In this document: positions 16,570-25,803 of the stretch, piece after piece
Layout: each line of letters begins with the position of its first letter
Numbering within the stretch: position 1 is the first letter of the stretch
Notes under the pieces: model-generated
What the model saw: only the letters and a program-made list of their open reading frames with translations
Database searches by the model: none
What the model was told of the DNA's origin: nothing
Virus record (IMG/VR): IMGVR_UViG_3300025084_000039
Coordinates: 1-50,839 of that record
Reading direction: 5' to 3' (one strand)
Length of the DNA: 50,839 nt
Origin: a virus
Lineage: Duplodnaviria > Caudoviricetes
Program-made: the position numbers and the translations under genes

Positions 16570-17289
16570 ATGCCTTTACCAAAGATTGCTACACCAACTT
16601 ATGAACTTGAGTTGCCATCAACAGGAGAATCAATTCAATACAGACCCTTCCTTGTAAAAGAAGAGAAGGTTCTTGTGATTGCTTTAGAAAGTGAGGATAC
16701 AAAGCAAATCACAACAGCTATTAAGACAGTCATTAAAAACTGTATTAAAACAAAAGGTATCAAAGTAGATTCTCTCCCCACATTTGATATTGAATATTTG
16801 TTTTTAAATATTCGTGGTAAGTCTGTCGGAGAGGAGATTGAGGTTAATATTATTTGTCCTGATGATGGTGAGACACAGGTCCCTGTGATGATTAATATTG
16901 ATGATATCCATGTTCAGAAGGATGATGCCCATACTAATAAAATTCAACTTGACGATGAGATACTGATGGTAATGAAGTATCCATCACTGGATCAATTCAT
17001 TAAAAACAACTTTGACTTTGAGAGTAAAAATCAAATGGATCAATCGTTTGATTTGATTGCATCCTGTATTGAATCTATCTGCACTGAAGAAGATGTATGG
17101 GCCACTGCTGACTGTTCAAAGAAAGAAGTATCAGAGTTTCTTGAGTCTATGAACTCTTCACAATTCAAAGGGGTTGAGAAGTTTTTTGATACCATGCCTA
17201 AACTGGCACACACAATTAAAGTGAAGAACCCAGTTACAAAAAAAGAAAGTGAAGTTGTTCTTGAGGGGCTGGCGTCTTTTTTCGCGTAG
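16570..17289 (+). CDS. gp26: Baseplate hub assembly protein gp26
   Basis: MPLPKI..PTYELELPS, YRPFLVKEEK, FDIEYLFLNIRGKSVGE, EGLASFF. Confidence 0.92.
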   Translation: MPLPKIATPTYELELPSTGESIQYRPFLVKEEKVLVIALESEDTKQITTAIKTVIKNCIKTKGIKVDSLPTFDIEYLFLNIRGKSVGEEIEVNIICPDDGETQVPVMINIDDIHVQKDDAHTNKIQLDDEILMVMKYPSLDQFIKNNFDFESKNQMDQSFDLIASCIESICTEEDVWATADCSKKEVSEFLESMNSSQFKGVEKFFDTMPKLAHTIKVKNPVTKKESEVVLEGLASFFA

Positions 17290-17291
17290 CC

Positions 17292-17471
17292 ATGGTTCAC
17301 ATGAACCTATTGGCGTATTTTCAACTTAACTTTTCGTTGATGCAGTATCATAAATACTCATTAACGGAGATTGAAAACATGATCCCTTGGGAACGTGATG
17401 TTTATGTGAGTATGCTACAGAATCATCTTGAAGAAGAGAAATTAAAAGCACAGCACCGAAATGGCATCTAG
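17292..17471 (+). CDS. gp51: Baseplate hub assembly protein gp51-like (59 aa, absent from ORF track)
   Basis: NFSLMQYHKYSLTEIENMIPWERDVYV. Confidence 0.85.
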   Translation: MVHMNLLAYFQLNFSLMQYHKYSLTEIENMIPWERDVYVSMLQNHLEEEKLKAQHRNGI

Positions 17472-20286
17472 GACTAGCACCGATCCACTAGAAATACTTG
17501 TAGAGATGGGTGTAGACCTAGATAACCTTTCTGAGGAAGAGGATTATCTTAGTGCTTTAATGGAGGCGGTCAATACATTACAAATTAAAAATGCTGGTGA
17601 TGTTCGTATAGGCCCTCTTCAGCAAGAAATAAGAAAGGTAAGGCAAAAAAGAAAAGCAGCAGACCCTAAGTTCAAAGCAAGAAAGACAAAGATATCTGCA
17701 AATTCATTTAAAAAAGGATCTGCTACAGGATCTAATGTTGCACCAAAGGCATTACCAACTAGTGCGTTAGTTCCCTATCAAGCACCTGAAGCAGAAGAAA
17801 AGAAAGAAGAGAAAAAGAAAGGTAGCCCTAAAAATCTCATATTAGAGATATCTGAAACTGTCACAAGAATTGCTGACATTTTAAAGGAGCAGTATGATCT
17901 TAAGAAAGATACTGCGACCTTTGATAGAAAGAAAGCAGAGAGAGAAAGAAGAGATCTCCAAAAGAAAAATTTAGCAAAAAGATTTCAAGGTCTTAAAAAA
18001 GTAGCAGAGAAAATAATTGCACCTGTCAGAGGGATCTTTGACAGGATAATGGGTTTCTTATTTAATATTTTATTAGGAAAATTCCTAATGAAATTAGTTG
18101 ATTGGTTTAGTAATCCAGACAATAAAAGTAAAATTAATTCTATAATAAGGTTCTTAAGTAATAACTGGCCAAAATTATTATCAGCATATATTATTTTTGG
18201 AACAGGGTTAGGTAAGTTCTCTAGATTTATTGTTAAAATTCTTGCGCGTGGTGCTATTCGATTAGCAGCAGCAACAGCAGGATTACTTGCTCGATTATTT
18301 GGTGGAAGAGCACTAGGTAAGTTTTCACGATTCCTTGGTAAGAGAGGGAAACTTATTGCTGGTGGTATTGAGGCAGTCACTACTATCTTTGCATTCAAAG
18401 CATTAGAAGGTGCTTTTACCAAAGGATTAGGTCCCGAAGAGTCTGCAGGTGTTGATAATGATATTCCTGTTAGTGGATATCGAGGTGGTGGATTAGTACA
18501 ACCAATATTTAAATTTAGTGGTGGTGGTAAAGTTTCTGGTGGTAATCTTAATCTCAATCTCATATCTCCGATGGGATATAATGAAGGTGGAGAAGTAGCC
18601 GGTCCATCAGGCACGGACACAATTCCTGCCATGCTCACGGATGGTGAGTTTGTCATGTCGCGTGGTGCTGTACAGAAGTTTGGCGTTAGTCAATTGGAGG
18701 CTATGAACGCCTCTGGTGGTGGCACCAACAAACCAAAGATGATGAATGGCACAGTTTATGCCTCTGATGGTGGAAGAATTGGTTCTAGGGTTGGTCCTAG
18801 GGACCCTGAGAGTTATCAGAGAACTCCAGATGTAATGGCGATGATGGAAGCTTTTCTTGCGGAGGCAGGAAAAAGATTACCATGGGCAGCGAAGATAGTT
18901 GATCCTTCTTTTTATAGTAGATCACTTAATGAAGCTGGTAAATTTATTCCTAATATTGATACTGATTTTGTTCCAAGAGCACTTAATGAAGCTGGTAAAT
19001 TTATTCCTAATATTGATACTGATTTTGTTCCAAGAGCAATTGAAGAGGGAATGAAAATGGCTTCTCCTACACTTGAACGTGCGATGAATGTAGGTAGAGA
19101 AGGAAAAAAAATAATTGAATCTACAATTGCTGGGGTGGTAGATAAAGATTATGGTGGTATGCTTAACCAAGCAAGAAACATGTATGGTGCTGCTGAAGAG
19201 GCAGTTCCGGCACTGATTGGTGGTATTCTCGGTAATGACAGAATTGATAGACATATCTCAAAAGATATGCAGAAGGCAATACTTGATGCGAAGAAGACGG
19301 CAGAAGCAAGAGGATCAAAAAATATTGACTATGGAGATTATGAGGGTGGAGGTCAATCTGCTGCTGGACTGACCATGGGTAGAGTTGGAGATAACGAATT
19401 TAAAAGAGATGCTCAGGGTAGAATAGTTGGATTGACTCAAACCTTTGATACTAATCGACCTGCAGAAGAAGCGATGCTTCAATCTCAGATTAGTGCCACA
19501 AGATTTTTAGGCATGGATAATACAGGAGCTATTAATAAACTTAAAAAATTAATGACAACCAGGATGAAATCTGAGGGAGCATCACCCGAAGAAATTAAAA
19601 AAGCAGTAAGTGGTCTAAAACCTGGTGGTGACGCTGGCAATCTAAAAGATTTAACAAGATCTATCTACAAACCGTTTGAAGCATTATTAGACACTGTTCA
19701 GGGTAGGGGAACAACCACTCATGATGTAATGTTTGATAAAGATGTCCTTGGATTTGATCCAGTGGAAGCACCACCAAAACCAGGGAGTCCAAACTATCAG
19801 TTATTTAAAGATGGTGGTGGAATGGCTGCGATGTCTCAAGGAAAAACAGTTCGTCAAGTTGTTGATGCAGGTAGAGGTGCTAATACAACAAATCCTATCA
19901 TGGATTTCTTAGGATTATCAAAACCAAAACCAGATGAGAAACCGAAAGAGACTGTTGGAGCAAAAGGATATTTCTCTAACACAACTGGCAAATTCTACAT
20001 ATCTTATGCAGAGGCACTAAAAGATCCTCAAGTTGCTGCTGCAGCAAAAGTAGAAGAGACTAAAAAGAAATTTAGTTTTGCACCAAACCAACAACCGAAT
20101 TTGACTATCCCCGGTATGCCAACAACAGGATCTAACGGATCAAATGTAACAGTTGTCAAAACAAGTTCTAAAGATAAGAGTGATTCAGGAAACACTGGTG
20201 GGTCTGAAGTTCCTAATGCTAATCCTGGTCAAGGTAATCGCGGTAAGTGGAATATTCTTGGCATGTCAGTTCCAGCACTATTCTGA
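17461..20286 (+). CDS. Tape-measure-like tail protein 1
   Basis: Coiled-coil and hydrophobic helical N-half, GGEVAGPSGTDTIPAMLTDGEFV motif; follows gp26/gp51. Confidence 0.75.
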   Translation: MASRTSTDPLEILVEMGVDLDNLSEEEDYLSALMEAVNTLQIKNAGDVRIGPLQQEIRKVRQKRKAADPKFKARKTKISANSFKKGSATGSNVAPKALPTSALVPYQAPEAEEKKEEKKKGSPKNLILEISETVTRIADILKEQYDLKKDTATFDRKKAERERRDLQKKNLAKRFQGLKKVAEKIIAPVRGIFDRIMGFLFNILLGKFLMKLVDWFSNPDNKSKINSIIRFLSNNWPKLLSAYIIFGTGLGKFSRFIVKILARGAIRLAAATAGLLARLFGGRALGKFSRFLGKRGKLIAGGIEAVTTIFAFKALEGAFTKGLGPEESAGVDNDIPVSGYRGGGLVQPIFKFSGGGKVSGGNLNLNLISPMGYNEGGEVAGPSGTDTIPAMLTDGEFVMSRGAVQKFGVSQLEAMNASGGGTNKPKMMNGTVYASDGGRIGSRVGPRDPESYQRTPDVMAMMEAFLAEAGKRLPWAAKIVDPSFYSRSLNEAGKFIPNIDTDFVPRALNEAGKFIPNIDTDFVPRAIEEGMKMASPTLERAMNVGREGKKIIESTIAGVVDKDYGGMLNQARNMYGAAEEAVPALIGGILGNDRIDRHISKDMQKAILDAKKTAEARGSKNIDYGDYEGGGQSAAGLTMGRVGDNEFKRDAQGRIVGLTQTFDTNRPAEEAMLQSQISATRFLGMDNTGAINKLKKLMTTRMKSEGASPEEIKKAVSGLKPGGDAGNLKDLTRSIYKPFEALLDTVQGRGTTTHDVMFDKDVLGFDPVEAPPKPGSPNYQLFKDGGGMAAMSQGKTVRQVVDAGRGANTTNPIMDFLGLSKPKPDEKPKETVGAKGYFSNTTGKFYISYAEALKDPQVAAAAKVEETKKKFSFAPNQQPNLTIPGMPTTGSNGSNVTVVKTSSKDKSDSGNTGGSEVPNANPGQGNRGKWNILGMSVPALF
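18923..19038 (+). repeat. Exact 57-bp in-frame tandem duplication
   Basis: LNEAGKFIPNIDTDFVPRA twice, identical in DNA. Confidence 0.95.
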
Positions 20287-20297
20287 GGAAATAAGAT

Positions 20298-23200
20298 ATG
20301 TTACCTATTCTAGCAAGAGCAGCAACTGGATCGATAGCCCGGAAGATGATGGGTCGTAAGACTAACGTAAGAGTTGGTCAGGCACAACCACAATCATCAA
20401 ATGCTATTGTTAAATCTGAAAAATTTATAGGTAGATCTGCAAAGGCATCCTCTTCATTACCAAGACCACCTGCTGCCATACAGAAAGTTTCTGATGGAGC
20501 AAGTAATGATGATCCACTAAAGGTTATTCACACAAAGACTCTTGCTATTGAAAAAATTCTGCAGGGAACTTTAGCGTCAGAAAAGGCTGATCTAAAGAGA
20601 AAGAAAAATGATTTCAAAAATCAGAACAGACAAGAGCAAGAAGAAAATTTAGAGAAGAAAGATGTAAAACCAGATAGAAAAATGAAGATGCCTAAGGTTC
20701 CTGGAACTGGTGGTATCTTTGGTTTTATCAAGAACTTCCTTGGAAATATTATAATGGGATTTTTCTTGATGAAGTTGGTAGATAATATTGGAATGTTGAA
20801 GGGAATATTCTCAGCAATCGTTGGAATTGGAGACTTCATAGCAGACTTTGGCATCAAACTTGTAGATGGACTTGCCACATTTGTTGATTGGGGATACAAA
20901 GCTTATGATGCAACCAAAGGATTTATAGCAAACTTTGGAGTAAAACCAGAACTCTTCGATCAATTTTCTGGTGCTCTCTCTGGATTGATTGATGCACTGA
21001 TTATTGGATCAGTTATTCTTGCAGCAAGAGGAGAAGATGGATTTGGTCCTGGTGGACTTGATAAAGCAAGGAAACCTGCAGGCAGACGAGGTGTAACACA
21101 GGGTAGAGGAGGACAGAAACCTCCTAGATTTAGAAATCCACTTAGAAGAAGTCCAGTTACCCAAAGTGGAAAACCTGGAATGCCTGGTGCTCCAGTTACT
21201 CAAGGTCGTGGTGGACAGAAACCAAGAACTAGAATTCCAGGGACAGGACCAAAGGTTACCGGACTTCCTAAAGGTGCTCCTAATCCTAAAGGATTCAGAC
21301 TTCCAAGGATGAGAAATCTTAGAGGACTAAAAAGTGCTGGTCTTATAGGATTATTAATGGTAATCCCAACTCTGTTTGAAGTTGGTGGACTAATAGCTGA
21401 AGGAAACTGGAAAACTGGATTGAACGTTGCAATTTCTACTATTGCCGGTCTTGCCGCAGCATCAGCTGCCGCTGGAAGTGTGGTAGGAGCATCACTTGCA
21501 ACTGGTCTAACAGGAATTGGAGTTCCTGTTGCTGTTGCTGGAATTCTTTCTTCTCTCGTTCTTGGTGGTATAGCAGGATGGGCTGCATATGAAGCATCAT
21601 ATAATTTATTAAAGGCACTTGGATTGCGTGATGATGATCCTGAACTTAAAAAGCAGGGTTATAACGAGGGTGGTAGTGTTAAGAAACCAACAAAGAAACC
21701 AATCAAGAGATCGATTGGTGGTAAGAAGAGAACAACGGCAGCAGCAAGAAAATTTGTAAGAAAACCAACTCCAGAAAGATTGTCAGATTTACCACAACCT
21801 ACAGAGAAGGGTGGAAATAACAACGCATGGTGGGACTTTCTTGGATGGGCTGGAACTGGTAATCAACCACTGGGCCCTGGTGGGGAGCAGTTAGCACAGA
21901 AAGTAACTGATGTTGGAAACAATCTTGGTGAAAACGATTTCTTCGGACCAATATTAAGAGTAACATCTAAAATTATTCTTGATCAAGATGTAAACAGCAA
22001 AGATATTAAGAATGTTGGACTTGGTATTAATTTATTAATAAACAAAGGATTATCTGATAATAAAATATCAGAGTCAATTAAAGGATATGCTCAAGGTGGA
22101 ATGGTCAGTCCACTTGGTGATACTTTAAGTTTGGAAAAATGGGTTGAAAAATCATTCAAACCCATAGCGAAGAAAGAGTACCCTACAAGATATACATCAA
22201 GCGAAAATCAAAGACCTGGTTCTACCTCTGGTCCTGGTTCTGCAGCAGGAGAGAGAGACTCTGCCACTGGTATGCTTACGCGATTAGGATCTGGCGGTGG
22301 TTCTCTTAAAGATATGACGGATCAAGACTTTAGTGATCTTGCCTTTATTGTAAGCCATGAGGCACTTAGAGGAACTGATGATGAATATGGAGTTGCTGCT
22401 GCTATACTAAACAGAGTTGCTGATCCTAGATATCCGAATACAATTATGGGTGTAGGCACTGCGCCAGGACAATTTGAGGCAGTGTTTACCGGAAAAGCAT
22501 ACAGGGATGAAGCACTTGCCAAAAAAATGCAAGATAATCAGGGTAAAATTGTTGAAGCATTAAAGGAATTAGACGGAAGGACAGACTTTAAAGCATTCAG
22601 CAGCATGGGTCAGTTTATGGGAGATAGTGATATTAGGTTTGATCCTAATGGTAATTTCTATCACTATGCTGAACAAAGAGGAAAGACTGATCCTATTCCC
22701 AGCAATATTCCTCAGGACTGGAAAAAATTATTAGGAAAATCAACAGGTGAAGAGTTTACTCCAAGTACAACCACACCTCTTGTACAATCTGATGATAGTC
22801 CTGACAACCCAGATGATGCTGGTGCTGGTGGTTCCCTTGGTGGTGACGGCAAGTTTATTCAGGGTAACTCTGGTGCGAGTGCCGGTGTGCATTTCCATGT
22901 TGGACCAGGACATCAAACTGATGGGACACTATTGCAAAGTCAATACTTTGCCGATGCAAGAGCTTCTGCTAAGAAAGTAGTAGATCATTTCTTAGGTAAG
23001 GGTAGCACGATTTATGACGGTAGAAGAGGTGTCTATTTCAAATCATCAGATGAAGTAGCTGCAGCACAAAGAGCACATACCGCAGGTGGATCTGCTGGTG
23101 GAATTGACATGCAGGTTGACTTTGAGACACCACATAAATTCCCACTTAATGTTTCTTCGATGGCATATCGTCGAAATGGATTTGGTGTTAGTGCCAATAT

Positions 23201-23612
23201 AGAGGGGTCAAAATCTTTCGTATCGCATGGTCGATATGATGAGAAAGGTAATGTCGCTCCTCAAGAAAGGATGAAATTATATCATGCTGGTTTAAGACTT
23301 GGTGGTAAAGAACAGATTGCAAAAATTTTAAAAGGAGAAACAGTTCTTGATGAGGATACTACAAAAGCACTTGGACCAACTTTACTTGCCAGATTAGATG
23401 ATGCTTCAACTCCTGCAGGTATCCAAAAAGTTTTACAATCAGTTATGGGAATATCTGAGTTCCCCTCTTACGATTCAAGGGCAGGCCAAGTCATCATGAT
23501 CGATGATTCTGACGAAACTCCCATGGAAGAACAACCTGCTCCAGTTATGATAGGTGCTCTCGGTGGAACTTCATATGATAATTCCATGGACTTCTTAGAT
23601 TATCAAGGGTAA
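20298..23612 (+). CDS. Tape-measure-like tail protein 2 with SleB-type hydrolase and M23-like domains
   Basis: Hydrophobic helices; EA..VAAAILNRV..PRYPNT..PGQF; GNSG.S.GVHFH. Confidence 0.8.
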   Translation: MLPILARAATGSIARKMMGRKTNVRVGQAQPQSSNAIVKSEKFIGRSAKASSSLPRPPAAIQKVSDGASNDDPLKVIHTKTLAIEKILQGTLASEKADLKRKKNDFKNQNRQEQEENLEKKDVKPDRKMKMPKVPGTGGIFGFIKNFLGNIIMGFFLMKLVDNIGMLKGIFSAIVGIGDFIADFGIKLVDGLATFVDWGYKAYDATKGFIANFGVKPELFDQFSGALSGLIDALIIGSVILAARGEDGFGPGGLDKARKPAGRRGVTQGRGGQKPPRFRNPLRRSPVTQSGKPGMPGAPVTQGRGGQKPRTRIPGTGPKVTGLPKGAPNPKGFRLPRMRNLRGLKSAGLIGLLMVIPTLFEVGGLIAEGNWKTGLNVAISTIAGLAAASAAAGSVVGASLATGLTGIGVPVAVAGILSSLVLGGIAGWAAYEASYNLLKALGLRDDDPELKKQGYNEGGSVKKPTKKPIKRSIGGKKRTTAAARKFVRKPTPERLSDLPQPTEKGGNNNAWWDFLGWAGTGNQPLGPGGEQLAQKVTDVGNNLGENDFFGPILRVTSKIILDQDVNSKDIKNVGLGINLLINKGLSDNKISESIKGYAQGGMVSPLGDTLSLEKWVEKSFKPIAKKEYPTRYTSSENQRPGSTSGPGSAAGERDSATGMLTRLGSGGGSLKDMTDQDFSDLAFIVSHEALRGTDDEYGVAAAILNRVADPRYPNTIMGVGTAPGQFEAVFTGKAYRDEALAKKMQDNQGKIVEALKELDGRTDFKAFSSMGQFMGDSDIRFDPNGNFYHYAEQRGKTDPIPSNIPQDWKKLLGKSTGEEFTPSTTTPLVQSDDSPDNPDDAGAGGSLGGDGKFIQGNSGASAGVHFHVGPGHQTDGTLLQSQYFADARASAKKVVDHFLGKGSTIYDGRRGVYFKSSDEVAAAQRAHTAGGSAGGIDMQVDFETPHKFPLNVSSMAYRRNGFGVSANIEGSKSFVSHGRYDEKGNVAPQERMKLYHAGLRLGGKEQIAKILKGETVLDEDTTKALGPTLLARLDDASTPAGIQKVLQSVMGISEFPSYDSRAGQVIMIDDSDETPMEEQPAPVMIGALGGTSYDNSMDFLDYQG

Positions 23613-23635
23613 ATAGTAGTAAGAGGTAATATTAA

Positions 23636-24982
23636 ATGGCACCAAAAGTAGCAACAAAAAGTTCAGATCCTGGTATTGTAGAGACCCTCACAATTCACTC
23701 TAATGTGAATCCAAGTGATACCGTAAGTTTGTGCGATGGTCTAGTAGAACTTACTTATATTGAAAGTATCATGAACGATACTATTAAAGTTAACATAACT
23801 TTTATCGATACTGGTGCAAGTATTAATGGCAAGACTGTTATTGAAGGACTTCCTCTAGTAGGCCAAGAAAAAGTCATATTGAAGTTCAAAGACAATAACA
23901 AAAATGTTCTTGGAGATAAACCAGAACTTGTTTTGTATGTTAATAAAATAACTCCTGCATTAAATAAATCTCAAAAATCTATTGTTGGTTTAGAATTAGT
24001 TTCAAAAGAATATATTTTGAATGAAAAGATAAGAATAACAAAGAGAATGGATGGTAAGGTATCTGATCACATTAAAACCATATTAACTAGTAATGATTAT
24101 CTGAAGACCCAAAAGAAAGTTGATATTGAAGATACGATAAACAACTTTAATTTTTTCGGCAATAATAAAAAGTCTCTTTACACTATAAACTGGTTATCTA
24201 AAAAAGGAGTTTCTGCTAAGAGTCAAAAACTTGGCGATAGTGCTGGATATTTTTTCTATGAAACGTCCGATGGTTTCTTTTTCAAGTCTATCGATAGTCT
24301 CCTAGATCAAGAACCAAAAACTAAATTAATTTTTAATGAAACTCCTGACACAAGAGGTGGTAATATTCCTGAGGGATATGATCAAAAAGTATTGAGATTT
24401 CAAAAGAGTAACGCTGTAAATGTGCAGGAAAAATTAAAGATGGGTGCTTTCTCTAATAGAGTTGTTCTCTTTGATCCATTTACATGCTACTATGAAGTAA
24501 AGACAAACGATACAGATCAAACACAAGACTCTCTCAAGACAGGTGCGAAAGAATTATCTCTTAGTAAATCTAGAAACAAAGAATTTGATATCCCTGGAGC
24601 AAATAAAGATTTTTCTAGAACACAATACTTTTTATTAGATAAAGGAACAGCTCCTACAGGTGATGCTAATCAACAGATAGAAAAGTCAGGAGAAGAAAAC
24701 TTTGAGTATGGTCAGATTGCAAATCAATCTATGATGAGATATAATCAATTGTATGCCATGAGAGCAAGCATCACAATCGCTGGTAATTTTTCACTACATG
24801 CAGGTGATGCTATCTTTGTAGACTCTCCTGAACTTCGCGAGAAAAACACATCTGATGTTGACCGCAGAGATGGTGGACTATATATTATAACGGATATATG
24901 TCACAAAATTGACAGCACTGGAACATTCACTCAGTGCAATCTTGCTAGAGATTCTTTTGGAAGAAAACCGTTAAATCGCTAA
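23636..24982 (+). CDS. Baseplate hub protein (gp27-like)
   Basis: YIESI, LPLVGQEKV, YFFYET.DGFFFKSID.L, GN..LHAGD, GLYII; TAAATA at 23610. Confidence 0.75.
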   Translation: MAPKVATKSSDPGIVETLTIHSNVNPSDTVSLCDGLVELTYIESIMNDTIKVNITFIDTGASINGKTVIEGLPLVGQEKVILKFKDNNKNVLGDKPELVLYVNKITPALNKSQKSIVGLELVSKEYILNEKIRITKRMDGKVSDHIKTILTSNDYLKTQKKVDIEDTINNFNFFGNNKKSLYTINWLSKKGVSAKSQKLGDSAGYFFYETSDGFFFKSIDSLLDQEPKTKLIFNETPDTRGGNIPEGYDQKVLRFQKSNAVNVQEKLKMGAFSNRVVLFDPFTCYYEVKTNDTDQTQDSLKTGAKELSLSKSRNKEFDIPGANKDFSRTQYFLLDKGTAPTGDANQQIEKSGEENFEYGQIANQSMMRYNQLYAMRASITIAGNFSLHAGDAIFVDSPELREKNTSDVDRRDGGLYIITDICHKIDSTGTFTQCNLARDSFGRKPLNR

Positions 24983-24988
24983 ACAATT

Positions 24989-25216
24989 ATGGAAAGTATA
25001 GAAAAGCATATCGAGAAGGATAAGGAAATCCTTCAAGATCCTACAACGAATCCACAAATGCGCCGCCACATCGAAGGCGAATTGCATGAGTTAGAGGAAT
25101 ACATAGAGCATCATAAAAAAGAAATCGAAGATGGTGATCATCACGATCCTTCTTACTTGGAACTTTTTTGTGACCAGAACCCATCCGAACCAGAATGTCT
25201 GGTATATGAAGACTAA
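24989..25216 (+). CDS. cp12: Calvin-cycle inhibitor CP12
   Basis: C-terminal LELFCDQNPSEPECLVYED; no N-terminal Cys pair. Confidence 0.92.
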   Translation: MESIEKHIEKDKEILQDPTTNPQMRRHIEGELHELEEYIEHHKKEIEDGDHHDPSYLELFCDQNPSEPECLVYED

Positions 25217-25803
25217 TGGAAGGATCATCATTATTTAATCCCGGATTTCTTGGAGCATCTTTTTTATGGTGGGTCGGACAGATTGCTGATGATTCCACCT
25301 GGAGAGATAATATCAGTAAAGGAAATTATGAGGATAAGAATGATGTGCCTGGATGGGGTAGAAGATACAAAGTAAGAATTATTGGTCTTCATGATCAAGG
25401 TGAAGAGCAGATACCTTCAGAACAATTACCTTGGGCTAATATAATGTATCCTGTGACAGCAGGTGGATTCCAAGCGAATAGTGGGGCAACACCAAATCTT
25501 CGTCAAGGAAACATGGTATTTGGTTTCTTCCTTGATGGTCAAGATCAACAGGTTCCTGTAATTATGGGAGTGCTCGGTAATAACTCTCAAACTATGCTTG
25601 GGCAAAAGATAGGCGACAACTCTGTTACTAATGCACAAGCAGGTAGTATAGCAAGGAGTGGTTATGCCACAGGTGCTGTGTCAAAAGGAACTTGCAGAGA
25701 GATTCCACCAGACCATGACAGGGTGATTAAACAACCTGCCAGAAAAGGTCAGGGTGGCAAACCTTTGGGTAGTACGACTAACAGAGGAGGTATAGTGGTA
25801 TGA
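25216..25803 (+). CDS. gp5: gp5 N-terminal OB-fold domain as a standalone gene
   Basis: WWVGQI, RYKVRIIGLH, LPWA, VFGFFLDG..QQ.PVIMG. Confidence 0.85.
   Translation: MEGSSLFNPGFLGASFLWWVGQIADDSTWRDNISKGNYEDKNDVPGWGRRYKVRIIGLHDQGEEQIPSEQLPWANIMYPVTAGGFQANSGATPNLRQGNMVFGFFLDGQDQQVPVIMGVLGNNSQTMLGQKIGDNSVTNAQAGSIARSGYATGAVSKGTCREIPPDHDRVIKQPARKGQGGKPLGSTTNRGGIVV

Noticed and set aside
17985-18656. 223-aa antisense ORF and similar ones opposite structural genes
   Set aside because: Explained by codon bias of the Gly/Thr-rich sense genes; no independent signals.
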